Source: Eledone cirrhosa
Taxonomy: Eukaryota
Direction of reading: 5' to 3'
DNA: 64,000 bases
Assembly: GCA_964016885.1 (NCBI GenBank)
Contig: OZ024740.1
Coordinates: 101,618,001-101,682,000, forward strand
The notes beneath the pieces are model-generated. The model was not told where the DNA came from and searched no databases. It saw only the letters and a list, made by a program, of their open reading frames with translations. The translations under genes and the position numbers were made by a program. Shown here in pieces: positions 1-14,134 of the stretch. Position 1 is the stretch's first letter, and every line of letters begins with the position of its first letter.

Positions 1-429
1 GGTACCACAACATCCAGTCCGAAACAAATGAGGTCGTGTAGGTATCACGACAAAAAAAAACACACAGTCCATGCTGTAATGTGGCCGTGTAGGTAACACG
101 GTAAAAACCTCCCAGTACACACTGTAAACATGGTTGGTGTTGGGAAGGGCATCCAGCCGTAGAAAATCCGCCAGACATGTAGGTGTCACGACAAAAAAAC
201 ACACAGTCCACGCTGTCATGTGGCTGTGCAGGTAACACGGTAAAAACCTCCCAGTCCACACTGTAAACGTGGTTGGTGTTAGGAAGGGCATCCAGCCGTA
301 GAAAACCCGCCAGACAGTCCTATACGAGCAGGACAACCAATCTTGCCTCAAGTGGGAAAACTCCCGTCCAAACCCATGCAAGCGTGGAAGATGGACGTTA
401 AACGATGATGATGATGATGATGATGATGA
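1..429 (+). mobile_element. RTE-A LINE 3' UTR and (GAT)n tail, with an internal duplication of the UTR modules
   Basis: Matches 39770-40064 of the intact RTE-A copy. The block tgtaggt.tcacgacaaaaaa...aagggcatccagccgtagaaaa occurs twice (about 38-176 and 178-316). Ends cccatgcaagcgtggaagatggacgttaaac(gat)n. Confidence 0.9.
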
Positions 430-491
430 TATATGTATATATATATGTATATATATATATATGTATATATATGTATATATATGTATATATA

Positions 492-1352
492 TTAGCCGCT
501 AAAGTGTTCTCCCTAAAAATGAAAGGCAGGTTGTACGATGCCTGCATACGAACAGCAATGTTGCATGGCAGTGAGACCTGGGCATTGTGTGCAGAGGATA
601 TACACAGACTAGAGAGAAACAAAGCTTGCATGCTCCGCTGGATGTGTAATAGTAATATACGTGAACGACAAAGCATAAACGAACTAAGGAAAAAATTAGA
701 AATAAGAGGGATCAGATGTTGTTTACTAGAGAGAAGGCTACGTTGGTATGGTCACGTGATGCGCATGAAGGACGATAGCTGTATAACAAAGTGCAGGGCA
801 ATAAAGATAGACGGTAGCCACGGAATAGGCAGACCCAGAAAAACCTGGGACGAGCTGATAAACTCCGACCTCACACACTTACACCTCACCAAGACAATGT
901 CACTGGACCGAGACCTTTGGCGGTACTCAGTAATAGAGAAGACCCGCCTTACCTAAAGACAAAGTAAAACCTACTACAGTCAGTAGGCATCTCTAACAAA
1001 ATACACCCCCTTCCCCCCACCCCCACCCCATCCACACAGCCCCCTTCTATGTAAAGTTATGTTGGTGCCACACCATCCAGGCCGAAACAAATGAGATCGT
1101 GTAGGTGTCACGACAAAAAAACACACAGTCCACGCTGTAATGTGGCCGTGTAGGCAACACGGTAAAAACCTCCCAGACCCACACTGTAAATGTGGTTGGT
1201 GTTAGGAAGGGCATCCAACTGTAGAAAACCTGCCAGACAGTCCTATGCGAGCAAGACAATCATTCTTGCCTCAAGTGGGAAAACCCCCGTCCAAACCCAT
1301 GCAAGCGTGGAACACGGACGTTAAACGTTGATGATGATGATGATGATGATGA
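492..1352 (+). mobile_element. RTE-A LINE, 5'-truncated (C-terminal ORF, 3' UTR, (GAT)n)
   Basis: Translation LKMKGRLYDACIRTAMLHGSETWAL...RLRWYGHVMRM...GRPRKTW is nearly identical to the end of ORF 36554-39670. Both flanks are (TA)n. Confidence 0.95.
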
Positions 1353-1701
<349 letters not shown>

Positions 1702-1797
1702 CACGATAAATTAACGGAGCCATAGATTCTCGCTATTCTCTGTAAATAATGTGCTCAAAAGAGAGGAAATCCTGAGCTCTTTATAATACAATATTTT

Positions 1798-1943
1798 GAA
1801 AAGGTAACACTCTAGAGAGAGATACAGTGCGCTATCAATAAAACAGGTTATAGATTCCATAGGTTATAGATTCCATACACTGGTGGTTTTTCCCTGTTTA
1901 ATTGATAGCGCACTGTATCTCTCTCTAGTGTGCTACCTTTTCA
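1798..1943. repeat. Small inverted repeat (arms about 50 bp) with a 16-bp tandem duplication in the loop
   Basis: gaaaaggtaacactctagagagagatacagtgcgctatcaataaaacagg pairs with cctgtttaattgatagcgcactgtatctctctctagtgtgctaccttttc. aggttatagattccat occurs twice between the arms. Confidence 0.9.
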
Positions 1944-1945
1944 AC

Positions 1946-2020
<75 letters not shown>

Positions 2021-2055
2021 TATAGATAGATAGATAGATAGATAGATAGGTAAAT

Positions 2056-2440
2056 ATACACGGGTGTGTATGATTGTGTATAGAAGATTATATTAATAAG
2101 AGGAATTCCAACTTTGTCTGATTTACTCATTTTATTTACAATCCTTTAAAATTTATAATGGTATTATAATGAAATAGTATGATAGAATATTAAATTCTAA
2201 GTGTTAATTGAACAAGTAGTTTCATGCTTTCGCAATCTTCAGGTTCATAATATGTGGTGACAGTCAAGTTTGCAATTTTCAACTGTTGAAAATTGCAAAC
2301 TTGACTGTCACCACATATTACTTGTTCAATTAACACTTAGAATTTAATATTCTATCATACTATTTCATTATAATACCATTATAAATTTTAAAGGATTGTA
2401 AATAAAACGAGTAAATCAGACAAAGTTGGAATTCCTCTTA

Positions 2441-2448
<8 letters not shown>
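2056..2448. mobile_element. PLE-2 solo pLTR fold-back (palindrome centred at 2284)
   Basis: Arms 2089-2283 and 2285-2448 with tip ttttcaac-t-gttgaaaa. The sequence matches the terminal repeats of the GIY-YIG element at 29831-31508. Confidence 0.9.
2209..2247 (-). ncRNA. Minimal type I hammerhead ribozyme (PLE-2 family)
   Basis: Minus strand reads tgaac CTGAAGA t tgc-gaaa-gca t GAAA ctac TT gttca. Stem I is tgaac/gttca. Stem III has one substitution relative to AGTACT in other copies. Confidence 0.7.
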
Positions 2449-2521
<73 letters not shown>

Positions 2522-2532
2522 ATATATATATG

Positions 2533-2590
<58 letters not shown>

Positions 2591-2847
2591 TATATATATA
2601 AATAAAAATATAGAAATTATTGTGAGCAAGAAACCAACAGTATTTCATAATATATAAGTGACTATAACGTCAAAATGGAAAATAATTAACGTAAGATATG
2701 GGAAAAAAATTCAAACTCAATTAAAAAAAAAAATCAAGGCAGAGATTTTATCCACAGATTTTGTGAAATCCAGGGAAAAACCAATCGAGTCTTAACTCAG
2801 AATAAAATAAAGCTTAACTAATCATCCTTCAATTTGGAAAAACTACA

Positions 2848-2934
2848 AGTGCTCTATATAGTCTTAAAAAGACTATTTCACGAAACTTTTCAGTGGGGAT
2901 GGTCACGGTTGGAGTCGTTCATCAGTAGAGCTCT
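2848..2934 (-). ncRNA. Canonical type I hammerhead ribozyme in an ORF-less module (about 2600-3053)
   Basis: Minus strand reads agagctcta CTGATGA acga-(31 nt)-tcgt GAAA tagtctt-ttt-aagacta TA tagagcact. Stem I gctcta/tagagc, stem II 4 bp, stem III 8 bp, AUA cleavage triplet. Confidence 0.85.
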
Positions 2935-3053
2935 AACACGATAACCCTACTACTGCCAAAATATGCCGAAAAGGGAATTTAAAAGCAGGCTAGTTCACCT
3001 CGTGTGGAATTATAAAAATAAACACACACGGAGAGACATGGCTGGTGACGTCA

Positions 3054-3628
<575 letters not shown>

Positions 3629-4177
3629 AATGACCTAAATTCCGCGGGCTCATATACATTCTCCGTGCGTTATTTGGCTCAGCCCAGACAATGACCGCCA
3701 GCGGAGGAGAATGTATCTGTACTCACCCTGAGGGAAAAATTCCCGTGTCGATTCAAGAAATCTCTCTCTTGCAGTGGAAAAGGAAACAACTATTTTTCTT
3801 TCGCCGTGAAATCACTAGCCAATATGTAACACAACAACATAACCACGGCCTGGCAATACTTCAGCCAGTAGACCGTGCCTTCTGAATTTTTAATTCGTTT
3901 GTCTCATTTGTCTTGGCATGCCAGCTCTACACAGCTAAACCTTTGTTAATAAATAACATAAAAAAAGCTAAAGTCGTTGTCGATATTCCTATCATATCTT
4001 TCTACCAAACTGGTTACTTGTGGTGCTATAACTATTACATCACTAATTCTATAACTCTGCTAAAATGTTGACCTTCGACGCAGGAGTATTTAAGTATGAA
4101 ATGCTCCTTTAAAATATATATTTATATATTTATACCAACCATATATAAATATATTTATACCAACCACACATTTCTGT

Positions 4178-4263
<86 letters not shown>

Positions 4264-4264
4264 T

Positions 4265-5357
4265 GTCAGGGAAATGGCCATACTCAGTGTGTAGGAAAGA
4301 AGTAGGCAGAAATTCAATTTTATGTCCCAAATGCAAAGTATGGGTACATAAAAGATGTAGTGGGATCACAGGGAAACTATCTCAGAACGTAGACTTTATA
4401 TGTGGCCGATGCTCAGGTGCAATAGGTAGCATATGTCCACAGGATACTAGCTCCTTCTATTGCCCAGATGGTACTATAGAAATAATAGACACTTTCCATT
4501 ATTTGGGTGACGAAATCAGCAGTGGAGGTGAGTGTTCTGAAAGTACAGTAGCCAGAGTCAGAACGGGATGGAAAAAGTTCAGAGAGCTTATACCGCTGTT
4601 GGCCACAAAAGGTTTCTCTCTAAAAATGAAAGGCAGATTATATGATGCTTGTATACGAACAGCAATGCTACATGGCAGTGATACATGGGCATTACGTGCA
4701 GAGGACCTGCGCAGACTGGAAAGGAACGAAGCTTGCATGCTCCGTCGGATGTGTAATAGTAATATACGTGAACGGCAAAGCATAAATGAATTAAGGGAGA
4801 AATTAGGAATAAGAGGGATCAGATGCTGTTTACTTGAGAGAAGACTATGTTGGTATGGCCATGTGATGCGCATGAAAGACGACAGCTGTATAAAAAAGTG
4901 CAGGGCGATCAAAATTGATGGTAGTTACGGAATACGTAGACCCAGAAAACCTGGGACGATCTGATAAATTCCGACCTTGCACACTTACACCTCTCTAAGA
5001 CAATGTTACTGGACCGGGATCTTTGGCGCTACGCAGTAATACAGAAGACCCGCCTTGCCTATGTACAAAGCAAAACCTACAGTCAGTAGGCACCTCTTAA
5101 CCAAATATACACCCCAATCGACTACCCCTACACTATCCTCCCACTCCCACCAACACCACCCTTTCTCTGTAAAGTTGGTACCACAACAACCAGTCCAAAA
5201 AAATGAGATAATGAGATCGAGATCGTGTAGGTGTCACGACAAAAAGCACACACGAGACACGTCACCCGACCAACCTTGCCTCAAGTGGGACAACCCCCCG
5301 TCTAACCCATGCTAGCGTGGAAAATGGACGTTAAACGAAGATGATGATGATGATGAT
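4265..5357 (+). mobile_element. RTE-A-like LINE, 5'-truncated at the PHD insert, with a shortened 3' UTR
   Basis: ORF 4263-4964 reads [11 protein letters not shown]...WVHKRCSG...FHYLGDEISSGGECSES...RLCWYGHVMRM. Has a (GAT)n tail. Confidence 0.93.
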
Positions 5358-5379
5358 ATGTATATATATATATATATAT

Positions 5380-8300
5380 TCTATTTTACTCTCTTACCTG
5401 TTCCAGCCATCTGGCTGAGGCTATGCTGGGGCACCGCCCTTGTTGCTACACATTTTATCTCCAGCCTGTATTGTTTGGCCACTGGTGTAAGAGGGAGTTT
5501 GTTGCTGCTGCCCTTCGGTTTCCCTCGTGCCTTGCTGCGGGCTCATCCGGGATCCTGGATAGCAAGGTGTCGAGATGTTTCTTGAAGACATCCACCTCCG
5601 CACCATGCAGAACTCTCAGATCCCACGGCAGCTTGTTGAAGAGTTGAGGGCCCTTGAATCCCAGGCTATTGCAATATCTGCTCCTTATTCTAGATGTGGA
5701 AGACGGGACCTTTGGCACCACACAGTGACGTCCTGTTCGACGGTTGGTCCTGCTCCCAATGCCAAAGTTAGGTGCTAGTTCCTCCCGGATTTTCCACATG
5801 TAGATCGCTGCGTATCTCTCCCGTCTTCGTTCCAAGGAGTAGAGGTTCAGTTCTTTTAGCCTCTCCCAGTAGCTTATCTCCTTCATCGTGGCAATCCTCT
5901 TGGTGTAGCTTCGCTGGATTGCCTCAAGCTCTGTGGTTATTTTGACACTATGGGGTGACCACAACTGGGAGCAATAGTCCAGGCGGCTTAGGACAAATGT
6001 CCTCCATAGTGTCAACATGGTGTCTCGGTCTCTTGTCCGGAAAGTTCTCAAGATCCAGCCAGCGAGTCGTCTGCACATTGTCGCCACTCACATGATGTGA
6101 GGAAAAAGATGCATCATCGCTCATGTCTATACCCAGGTCTCGTATCGATTGTGACACGGGGATATCGGTCCCTCCTGGTCCTGCATAACTGTATTGTACT
6201 CTATTTGTGATTGCAGGTTTGTATTGTAGGGCTTGGAATTTGTCAGCATTAAACTGCATGTTGTTTTCTTCCGACCATTTGTATATGGCATCCAGATCTT
6301 GTTGTAAAAGGCCAGCGTCAGCCGGGTTTTTGATTGCCTGTGCTACCTTAGTGTCATCAGCATAGCTAGTGAGGGATGTTGTTGTATGTACTACAGAGGT
6401 CATGTCTGAGAGAGCCACCAAAAACAATACTGGTCCCAGGACTGTCCCTTGGGGCACCCCACTTGTTATTGATGTTTCCTTTGAGAGGGCCCCGTTTGCT
6501 GCGACTGTCTGGTTTCTGTCCTTTAAGAAGTCATGCAGCCACTCACCTACTTTTCCAGTTATGCCGAGTCCGTGTAGTTTGTGACATATCATTTTGTGGT
6601 CGACCTTGTCAAAGGCCTTCGCAAAGTCAAGATATATCACATCCACATGCGAGCTGTCTAGCAGTTGTTTCAGTACCCAGTCATAGTGGTGTAGCAGCTG
6701 TGTAAGGCAGCTTCTTCCTGGGTGGAAGCCATGCTGCATGCTAGTTAGGCGGTCATTTTCCTCAAGGAGGAAAATGATCTGCTTCTTTCTGACGACTCGC
6801 TCCATGACCTTACTGATATGCGACATCACGGAGACTGGCCTATAGTTTTTGGCCTCCGCTCTGCTCCCTTCTTTATGTATAGGGCATATTGTGCCTTCTT
6901 TCAGCTCCCTGGGTAGTATACTGCTAGCCAAGGAGCTTCTGAAGTGCATCTTCAGTGGAGTTGCTAAGGCCCGCTTACATGTTTTTAAGAGGACTGCTGG
7001 GAATCCATCAGGTCCAGCAACTGAGACTGTTCTAATTTCATCTACGGTGTATACCACACCCTCCTCCGTTATGTCTATGTGGTTGATGGTCGCCATTTCT
7101 TCATGTAGTTTTGTGGCATCAAAGAACTCCTCTGGCTTTGTTATTTGTATGTGCCTCAGTGGACATGTGAACACACTTTTGTACTGTTCGTTCACATATC
7201 TCTTGGGGATTCTCGGTTAATGAACCGTCTGTATGGAAGAGTGGCCCAATCTTGCAGTGTACCGAGGCAGTTTCTTTTGCAAATTTAAAGAAGGCTTTAG
7301 GGTTTGTTTTAATATTTTCTATGGCCCTGCTTTCTTTCTTTGCCCTCTTATTTTCATAGGAAAGTTTGAGTGCAATCTCGGTGTCAAGTAGTGCACGTTT
7401 CAAATAGGATTCCTTCTTGTTTTTGTTTTCTTGTTGTGCATTTACCTGGTTTGAGAGCTTGGTTCTACGTCTCATAAGGATTTTCCTATCTCTGGGAATA
7501 AGATTTTTGTGTCTGTTCGTCTTTTTGTCCGGGACAAACTTCTTGTATATTGTACGTATCGTTGTCATGAAGTGTTGAAACTGTGTGTTGGTGTCTTGTG
7601 TGGCGGTGTTTTCGCTCCATGTTTGCTTCCGGATTTCTCTCTTGATCTTTTTCCAGTTAGCTTTATAGAATTTAAGGCTGGATAACGTCCCGGTGCTTCT
7701 TGATGGTTGTGTCTCTGTTGGTTCTCTCAGACCACATATCATTGGTTCTACTAAGTTATGATCCGAGAAAATTGTTGGTGTCACCTTTTCATTGTGGATG
7801 AGCAATTCGTTGTTTGTAAAACAGAGGTCCAGGACATTTTCGCCTCTTGTTGGGAGGAGTACTGCTTGTTCCAACCTGTGTGTGAGGACCAACAGGGATT
7901 CCGTCTGTCTCTGTTCTATTGACGTCATTCCAGGGAGGAAATGGCCCTCAGGCCATTTGACCTTTGGCAGGCTGAAGTCTCCTAGCAGTAGAATGTTGAG
8001 ACCCTTGTCCAGTTTGCCAAGGACCTCTTCCATCCTACTGAGGCTATCCTCAAATTTACCCGCATGACTGGGGCATCGGGCGGCCGATATGTGATACATA
8101 TTACTGTCTGTAGTTGCTTCATATGTATTATCAGTGAGTCACAGACTGAGTTTGAATGTGTCAACAGTACAATTGGTGTGACATCTTCATGGATATACAG
8201 AGCAACCCCACCATGAGTTCTCTCCTTCCTGTCCGAACGAAATACAGTATATTTTGGTAAATGTATTTCCGCATCTGCTATACTGCTTGTCAGGTGCGTT

Positions 8301-8866
8301 TCGGTTAGTGCCATGCATAATGCTTGATTGCCTATGGCTAACTCTCCCAGGTAGGAAATTTTACTCATGTTACTGCGTTTCACCAGGCGTCTGACATTCA
8401 GCAGCAGCACTGGTGTGACATTTGAGGTGCCAGTAATGGCTGTCGGTATGACACCTGACCTGGTGTTAGTGGCGGCCACTCTGTGTCCCTTAATTGTGGT
8501 GGTCTCGAGTGCTGGTGTGGATGACCCTGGCTCTGGAAACGATGCAGCCAGGTCAGCTGTCCTACAATCTTCTCTGCCATCGCTGAAACATTTTTCTGCT
8601 CTGCTGCTACCATCTGTATCTCGTCCGCATGTGCGTTCTTTCTCCTTGTTGGCGCAGCACGCATGACATTAGCATACTTCTGGAGCGGCTTGTTTTGGTT
8701 TTGGCTGGGGCATGTTGCGCGAGTAGGATGGGCATAGTTAGTTTGGGACCTGGGGTGGGCGAATCTACAGCCCATCCATGTCTCACCATGCCAGCAAGTG
8801 CCGTTCATGAAGAACTTGCACATTACTTGGGTTTTCTTGCTCCCAGTGTCTCGGTGCTTTCTGTAT
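5380..8866 (-). mobile_element. CR1/L2-group non-LTR retrotransposon, frameshifted (partial CCCH ORF1, AP endonuclease, RT)
   Basis: ORF1 remnant [19 protein letters not shown]. Endonuclease motifs LNVRRL, ALTETHL, HGGVALY, YRPP, LLGDF, LDLCF, SDHN. RT motifs NYRPVS, QHGF, YLDFAKAFDKV, GVPQGTVLGP, YADD. C-terminus SRLDYCSQLWSP, LYSLERRR. Split over four frames. Confidence 0.9.
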
Positions 8867-8869
8867 GTT

Positions 8870-9218
<349 letters not shown>

Positions 9219-9514
9219 GGTAAATATCATCTTGGTTAAGAGAGTGGGACTGGCTTTGTGCAGTGCCTTTGCTCACTATAAAAGCTTCACGGCACAGGCA
9301 TTGCTTTATATCTGGAGATCTCTCTGCACTTGTCCTCACATGGTACCATGGGCCCAGCACTATGTGTCAATAATTGTCACAAGTGTAGTGTTTGTACCAG
9401 AGTTTTCAAGTCGCTGGCTGGACTAAAAAGTCACACTCGTTCAGCGCTTCGGTAGGGGTTCTCCTACATGCATATAAAGTAGTGGCCGTACTCGAAAACG
9501 AGTTGGCAGCCACC
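9219..9514 (+). mobile_element. 3' end of a different RTE-clade (BovB-like) LINE with a C-terminal C2H2-like zinc finger
   Basis: About 9370-9447 translates to [26 protein letters not shown] (C-x2-C-x3-F-x5-L-x2-H). Terminal hairpin ctcg-aaaa-cgag lies just before (TA)n. Confidence 0.55.
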
Positions 9515-9691
9515 ATATATGTATGTATATATATATATATATATATATGTATATGTATATATATATGTATGTATATATATATATATATATATACACAGAG
9601 ATGAGTATATGTGTGTGTGTGTATATATATGTATATATATATATATAGATATATGTATGTATATATATATATACACACAGATATGAGTATA

Positions 9692-9780
<89 letters not shown>

Positions 9781-9781
9781 G

Positions 9782-10485
9782 TAATAGAATAATCGAGTAT
9801 CGGAAAATCAGCTCACGAATTTACGATAAACAAAATCCCACATGAGTGGCAGAGGGCTCAATAATTCAGATAAATCAGAGCTATAACTATTATTAAGATA
9901 CCAACACACAAAGATTATGCCTAAAATCACCCGTGCAGCCGAAAAATAACGACCAGGGAGATTCGGGTCACTCAGAAAAAATATCAATAAATCAATAATT
10001 CATATGAATGTAAAAAACTTACCCGGACCCACTAGAAAGGTGGTAAATCTAGCTTCTTGGGTTTCTGCTATTCCTTAATCCGCCCCCCATCAGCCCACAT
10101 AAAAATATATAAGACTTCTAGGGAGAGGAGGGACCGGAACAACTTTATCAACGGGCCATGTCCGACGAATGAAGAAATTAACTATAGCTAGACGCACATG
10201 GAGTCCAGCAAGGGAGATAACCTCTATATTCGCGAAAGATAATCGGTAATGTGGAATACACATATCGAATAAGAGTGCTCGACAGACATGTTAAAATAAA
10301 CAGGAGCTATTCATCATTCAAGAGAATCGACAAAAAATGAACAATAAAATTAACTGGTCAATAGCTATGTCTAGAGCTAAATATAATAGAATAATCGAGT
10401 ATCGGAAAATCAGCTCACGAATTTACGATAAACAGAATCCGACATGAGTGGCAGAGGGCTCAATAATTCAGATAAATCAGAGCTA
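9782..10485. repeat. About 700-bp ORF-less module with about 100-bp direct terminal repeats, embedded in (TA)n
   Basis: taatagaataatcgagtatcggaaaatcagctcacg...aaatcagagctata occurs at 9782-9884 and again at 10385-10487 with few mismatches. Confidence 0.85.
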
Positions 10486-10570
10486 TATATATATATATAC
10501 AGATATATATATATATATACAGATATGAGTATATGTGTGTGTATATATATATATATATATACAGATATGA

Positions 10571-10621
<51 letters not shown>

Positions 10622-10749
10622 CAGACATGAGTATATATGTGTGTGTATATATATATATATATACAGATATGAGTATATATGTGTGTGTGTATATATATAT
10701 ACAGATATGAGTGTGTATATATATATATATATATATATAAATATATATG

Positions 10750-10887
<138 letters not shown>

Positions 10888-10949
10888 TATATAGATATAT
10901 ATAGATATATATAGATATGAGTATATATGTGTGTCTGTGTGTGTAGAGA

Positions 10950-13900
10950 CTAGATGCTACAAATCTTTCTGAGTGGGAAATGACAATGGGATGGTTGGTG
11001 TAAGTATAATACTAGCTGACAAATGGGTAGATAAGGTAATCTCAGTGAACAGGGTAAATGCAAGAATCATTAAACTCAGACTAGTCCTGAATAAAACAAT
11101 TACCACAATAATATCATCTTACGCACCCCAATCGGGGTTGACAGACGAATATAAGGAGAGGTTTTATGAGTCCCTAATGCTCACTACCGCTCTAACAGAC
11201 GACAATGACTTCCTAATCATTGCAGGAGATATTAACGGACATGTAGGTAAACACTGTGATGGCTTCAATAGAGTCCATGGAGGCCACGGGGTTGGCATAA
11301 GAAATGAAGAAGGATTCAGGCTTCCAGAATTCTGTGATGTCAATGACATGTCGATATGTAACACAAACTTCAAAAAACCCCCAAACCACCTGATCACCTA
11401 TAGATCAGGGGAGCATTCTAGTCAGATAGATTTTATCCTTATCAGAGGACGTGACAGATGGACGGTCATAAACACAAAAGCCTTCCCTAGTGAGGAATGT
11501 ACATCCCAACATAGCTTAGTTGTCAGCGACCTCACGGTCAGAACTAGACGAACCTGGAAACAGCGGCCAACCTTGAGAAGAAAGATCTGGAAGCTGAAAG
11601 ACCCCTCAGCCAGTAACAGATTTAAAGATATTTTACTCAACGCCTATGGCAATAAAGAAGAACAGATAGAGTCATTCAATGTAGAAGAGCACTGGGAATT
11701 CCTAAAAAATAACTTACTAGAGGCGACGGATGAGATCTGTGGCTGGAGTAAGACCACAGGGGGGAGGAGAGTGACTTGGTGGTGGAACAATAAGGTAGAT
11801 GAGGCAGTTGAGGCCAAGAAACAGGCATGGAAAGAATGGAAGAACAGGGGAAGCAGGGTACATTACATAGAGACCAAGAGGGAAGCTAGGCGTCAAGTAT
11901 ACTTAGCTAGGAGGGAAGCAGAGGATAGAAAATGCAAGCATGTTTTGCAACATGTGGACCAGAAACAGGAGGTGTTCAAGATTGTGAGGCAGTGTGTCAG
12001 AGAGAATTGTGATGTCATTGGAGAGAAGTGTATCCGGAATGATAAATGTGAGCTTGCTCTCACAAGTGCTGAGAAGAAAGATGTATGGAAGAGCCATTAT
12101 GATAGATTACTAAATGAGGAGAATGTATAGGAAGAAGAGACCCTATCCCAAGTAGACCCTATAGAGGGGCCAGCAGTACAAGTCAGCAGCAGCGTAGTAA
12201 GTAAGGCAATCAAAGATATGAAGATGGGGAAGGCAACCGGTCCATCGGGTATAGCTGCTGAGATGCTGAAGGCATCTGGGTCTGTAGGTCACACTATAAC
12301 CACACGTATTGTTAACCAGGTAATACTAGGTGTCATACCAAAAGATTGGTGCAGTAGCATCGTTGTCAACTGCTATAAAGGTATAGGTGATGCACTAGAT
12401 AGAGGAACCTATAGAGGTATAAAGCTGATGGACTAGGTCATGAAAGTAACAGGAAGAGTTATAGCACAGTTAATTAGGGACCGGGTGAAACTAGATGAGA
12501 TACAATTTGGGTTTGTACCAGGAAGAGGCACCACTGATGCCCTCTTCATTGTGGCAGTTACAGGATAAGTACCTAGCTAAAAGTAAGCCACTCTACCTGG
12601 CATTCATCGATCTCGAAAAAGCCTTTGACAGAGTTCCACGTGCTATAATCTGGTGGGCTCTTAGAAAACTAGGAGTAGATGAATGGCTTGTGAAAGCTGT
12701 ACAAGCCATGTATAGGGGAGCAGTCAGCAAAGTAAGGATTAGCTATGAGTATAGCGAGGAATTTTGCGTACAGGTTGGTGTCCACCAGGGCTCTGTTCTT
12801 AGCCCTCTCCTGTTCATCATAGTCCTGCAGGCAATAACGGAGGAGTTTAAGACCATGGGAACTCCTGTATGCAGATGACCTCGCACTTATAGCTGAATCT
12901 ATGGTAGAACTAGAGAAGAAACTCCAAACTTGGAAGCAGGGACTAGAAAGAAAGGGTCTCAAAGTCAACCTGACAAAGACTAAGATCCTTGTAAGTAAAC
13001 TAGAAAACAGAACCCAGATACCCTCGGGGAAATGGTCTTGCTCAGTATGTAGGAAAGGTGTAGGTAGGAACTCCATTCTCTGCCCCAAAAGCAAATAATG
13101 GGTACACAAGGGATGTAGCGGGATCTCAGGAAGCTTAATTAAGAATGTAGGCTTCACATGTAGCAGCTGTGCTGGGACAGCAAGCAGCAAACAGCCACAG
13201 GAAACAAATACCACCAATCTCTGGGAGGGCTCTCTAGAAACAGTAGACAGCTTCTGCTACCTAGCTGACCGAATTAGCAATGGAGGTGGGTGTTCAGAAA
13301 GTACAATAACTAGGGTAAGAACGGGATGGAAGAAGTTCAGGTAACTACTGCCACTACTAGCTGCAAAAGGCTTTTCCCTCAAAATGAAAGGCAGGCTGTA
13401 TGATGTGTGTATACGAACATCAATGTTACATGGTAGTGAGACCTGGGCGCTGAAGGTGGAAGACTTACGTAGATTAGAAAGAAACGAAGCCTGCATGCTC
13501 CGATGGATGTGTAATAGTAATATACGCGAACGGCAAAGCATAAATGAATTGAGAGAGAGACTGAGCATAAGAGGAATCAAATGCTGTGTGCAGGAGAGGC
13601 GGTTGCGTTGGTATGGACATGTGATGCGTATGAAGGATGACAGCTGCATAAAAAGGTGCAGAGCACTAGAAGTCATTGGAAACTGCGGAGTGGGAAGACC
13701 CATGAAGACCTAGGATGAGGTGATAAAAGCCGACCTCCCCAATTACACCTCTCAAAGGCAATGACACACGACCGTGACCTCTGGCGTCACGCAGTAATAG
13801 AGAGTACCCGACCTCCCATGGGTACAAGCTGAAGCATATAGACAATATGCCCTAACACCCTCCCACTCCAAAGTGGTCGTGGAGGTGCCACGGCAAAAAA

Positions 13901-14134
13901 GCACCCAGCCTACACTGTAAAGTGGACGTGTAGGCGCCACGGAAAAAAGTACCCAGCACTCACTGTAAATGAGCTTGGTGTTAGGAAGGGCATCCAGCTG
14001 TAGAAATCAAGCCAAAATCAGTTCCTGTATGAACAAGGCATGGTCAGCCAACCAGACACTGCCCATAACAGGATAACCCGTCTAACCCATGCTAGCATGG
14101 ATGAACGGACGTAAAACGGTGATGATGATGGTGA
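10950..14134 (+). mobile_element. RTE-B LINE, near full-length, decayed (stops and frameshifts)
   Basis: ORF pieces at 10973, 12218, 12495, 12901 and 13384 align in order with ORF 32523-35642. Same 3' UTR and (GAT)n tail. Confidence 0.95.

Noticed and set aside
3770-3872. Possible minus-strand hammerhead (CTGAAGT...gccgtg/cacggc GAAA)
   Set aside because: The core is mismatched, stem II is offset from the core, and stems I and III pair poorly.
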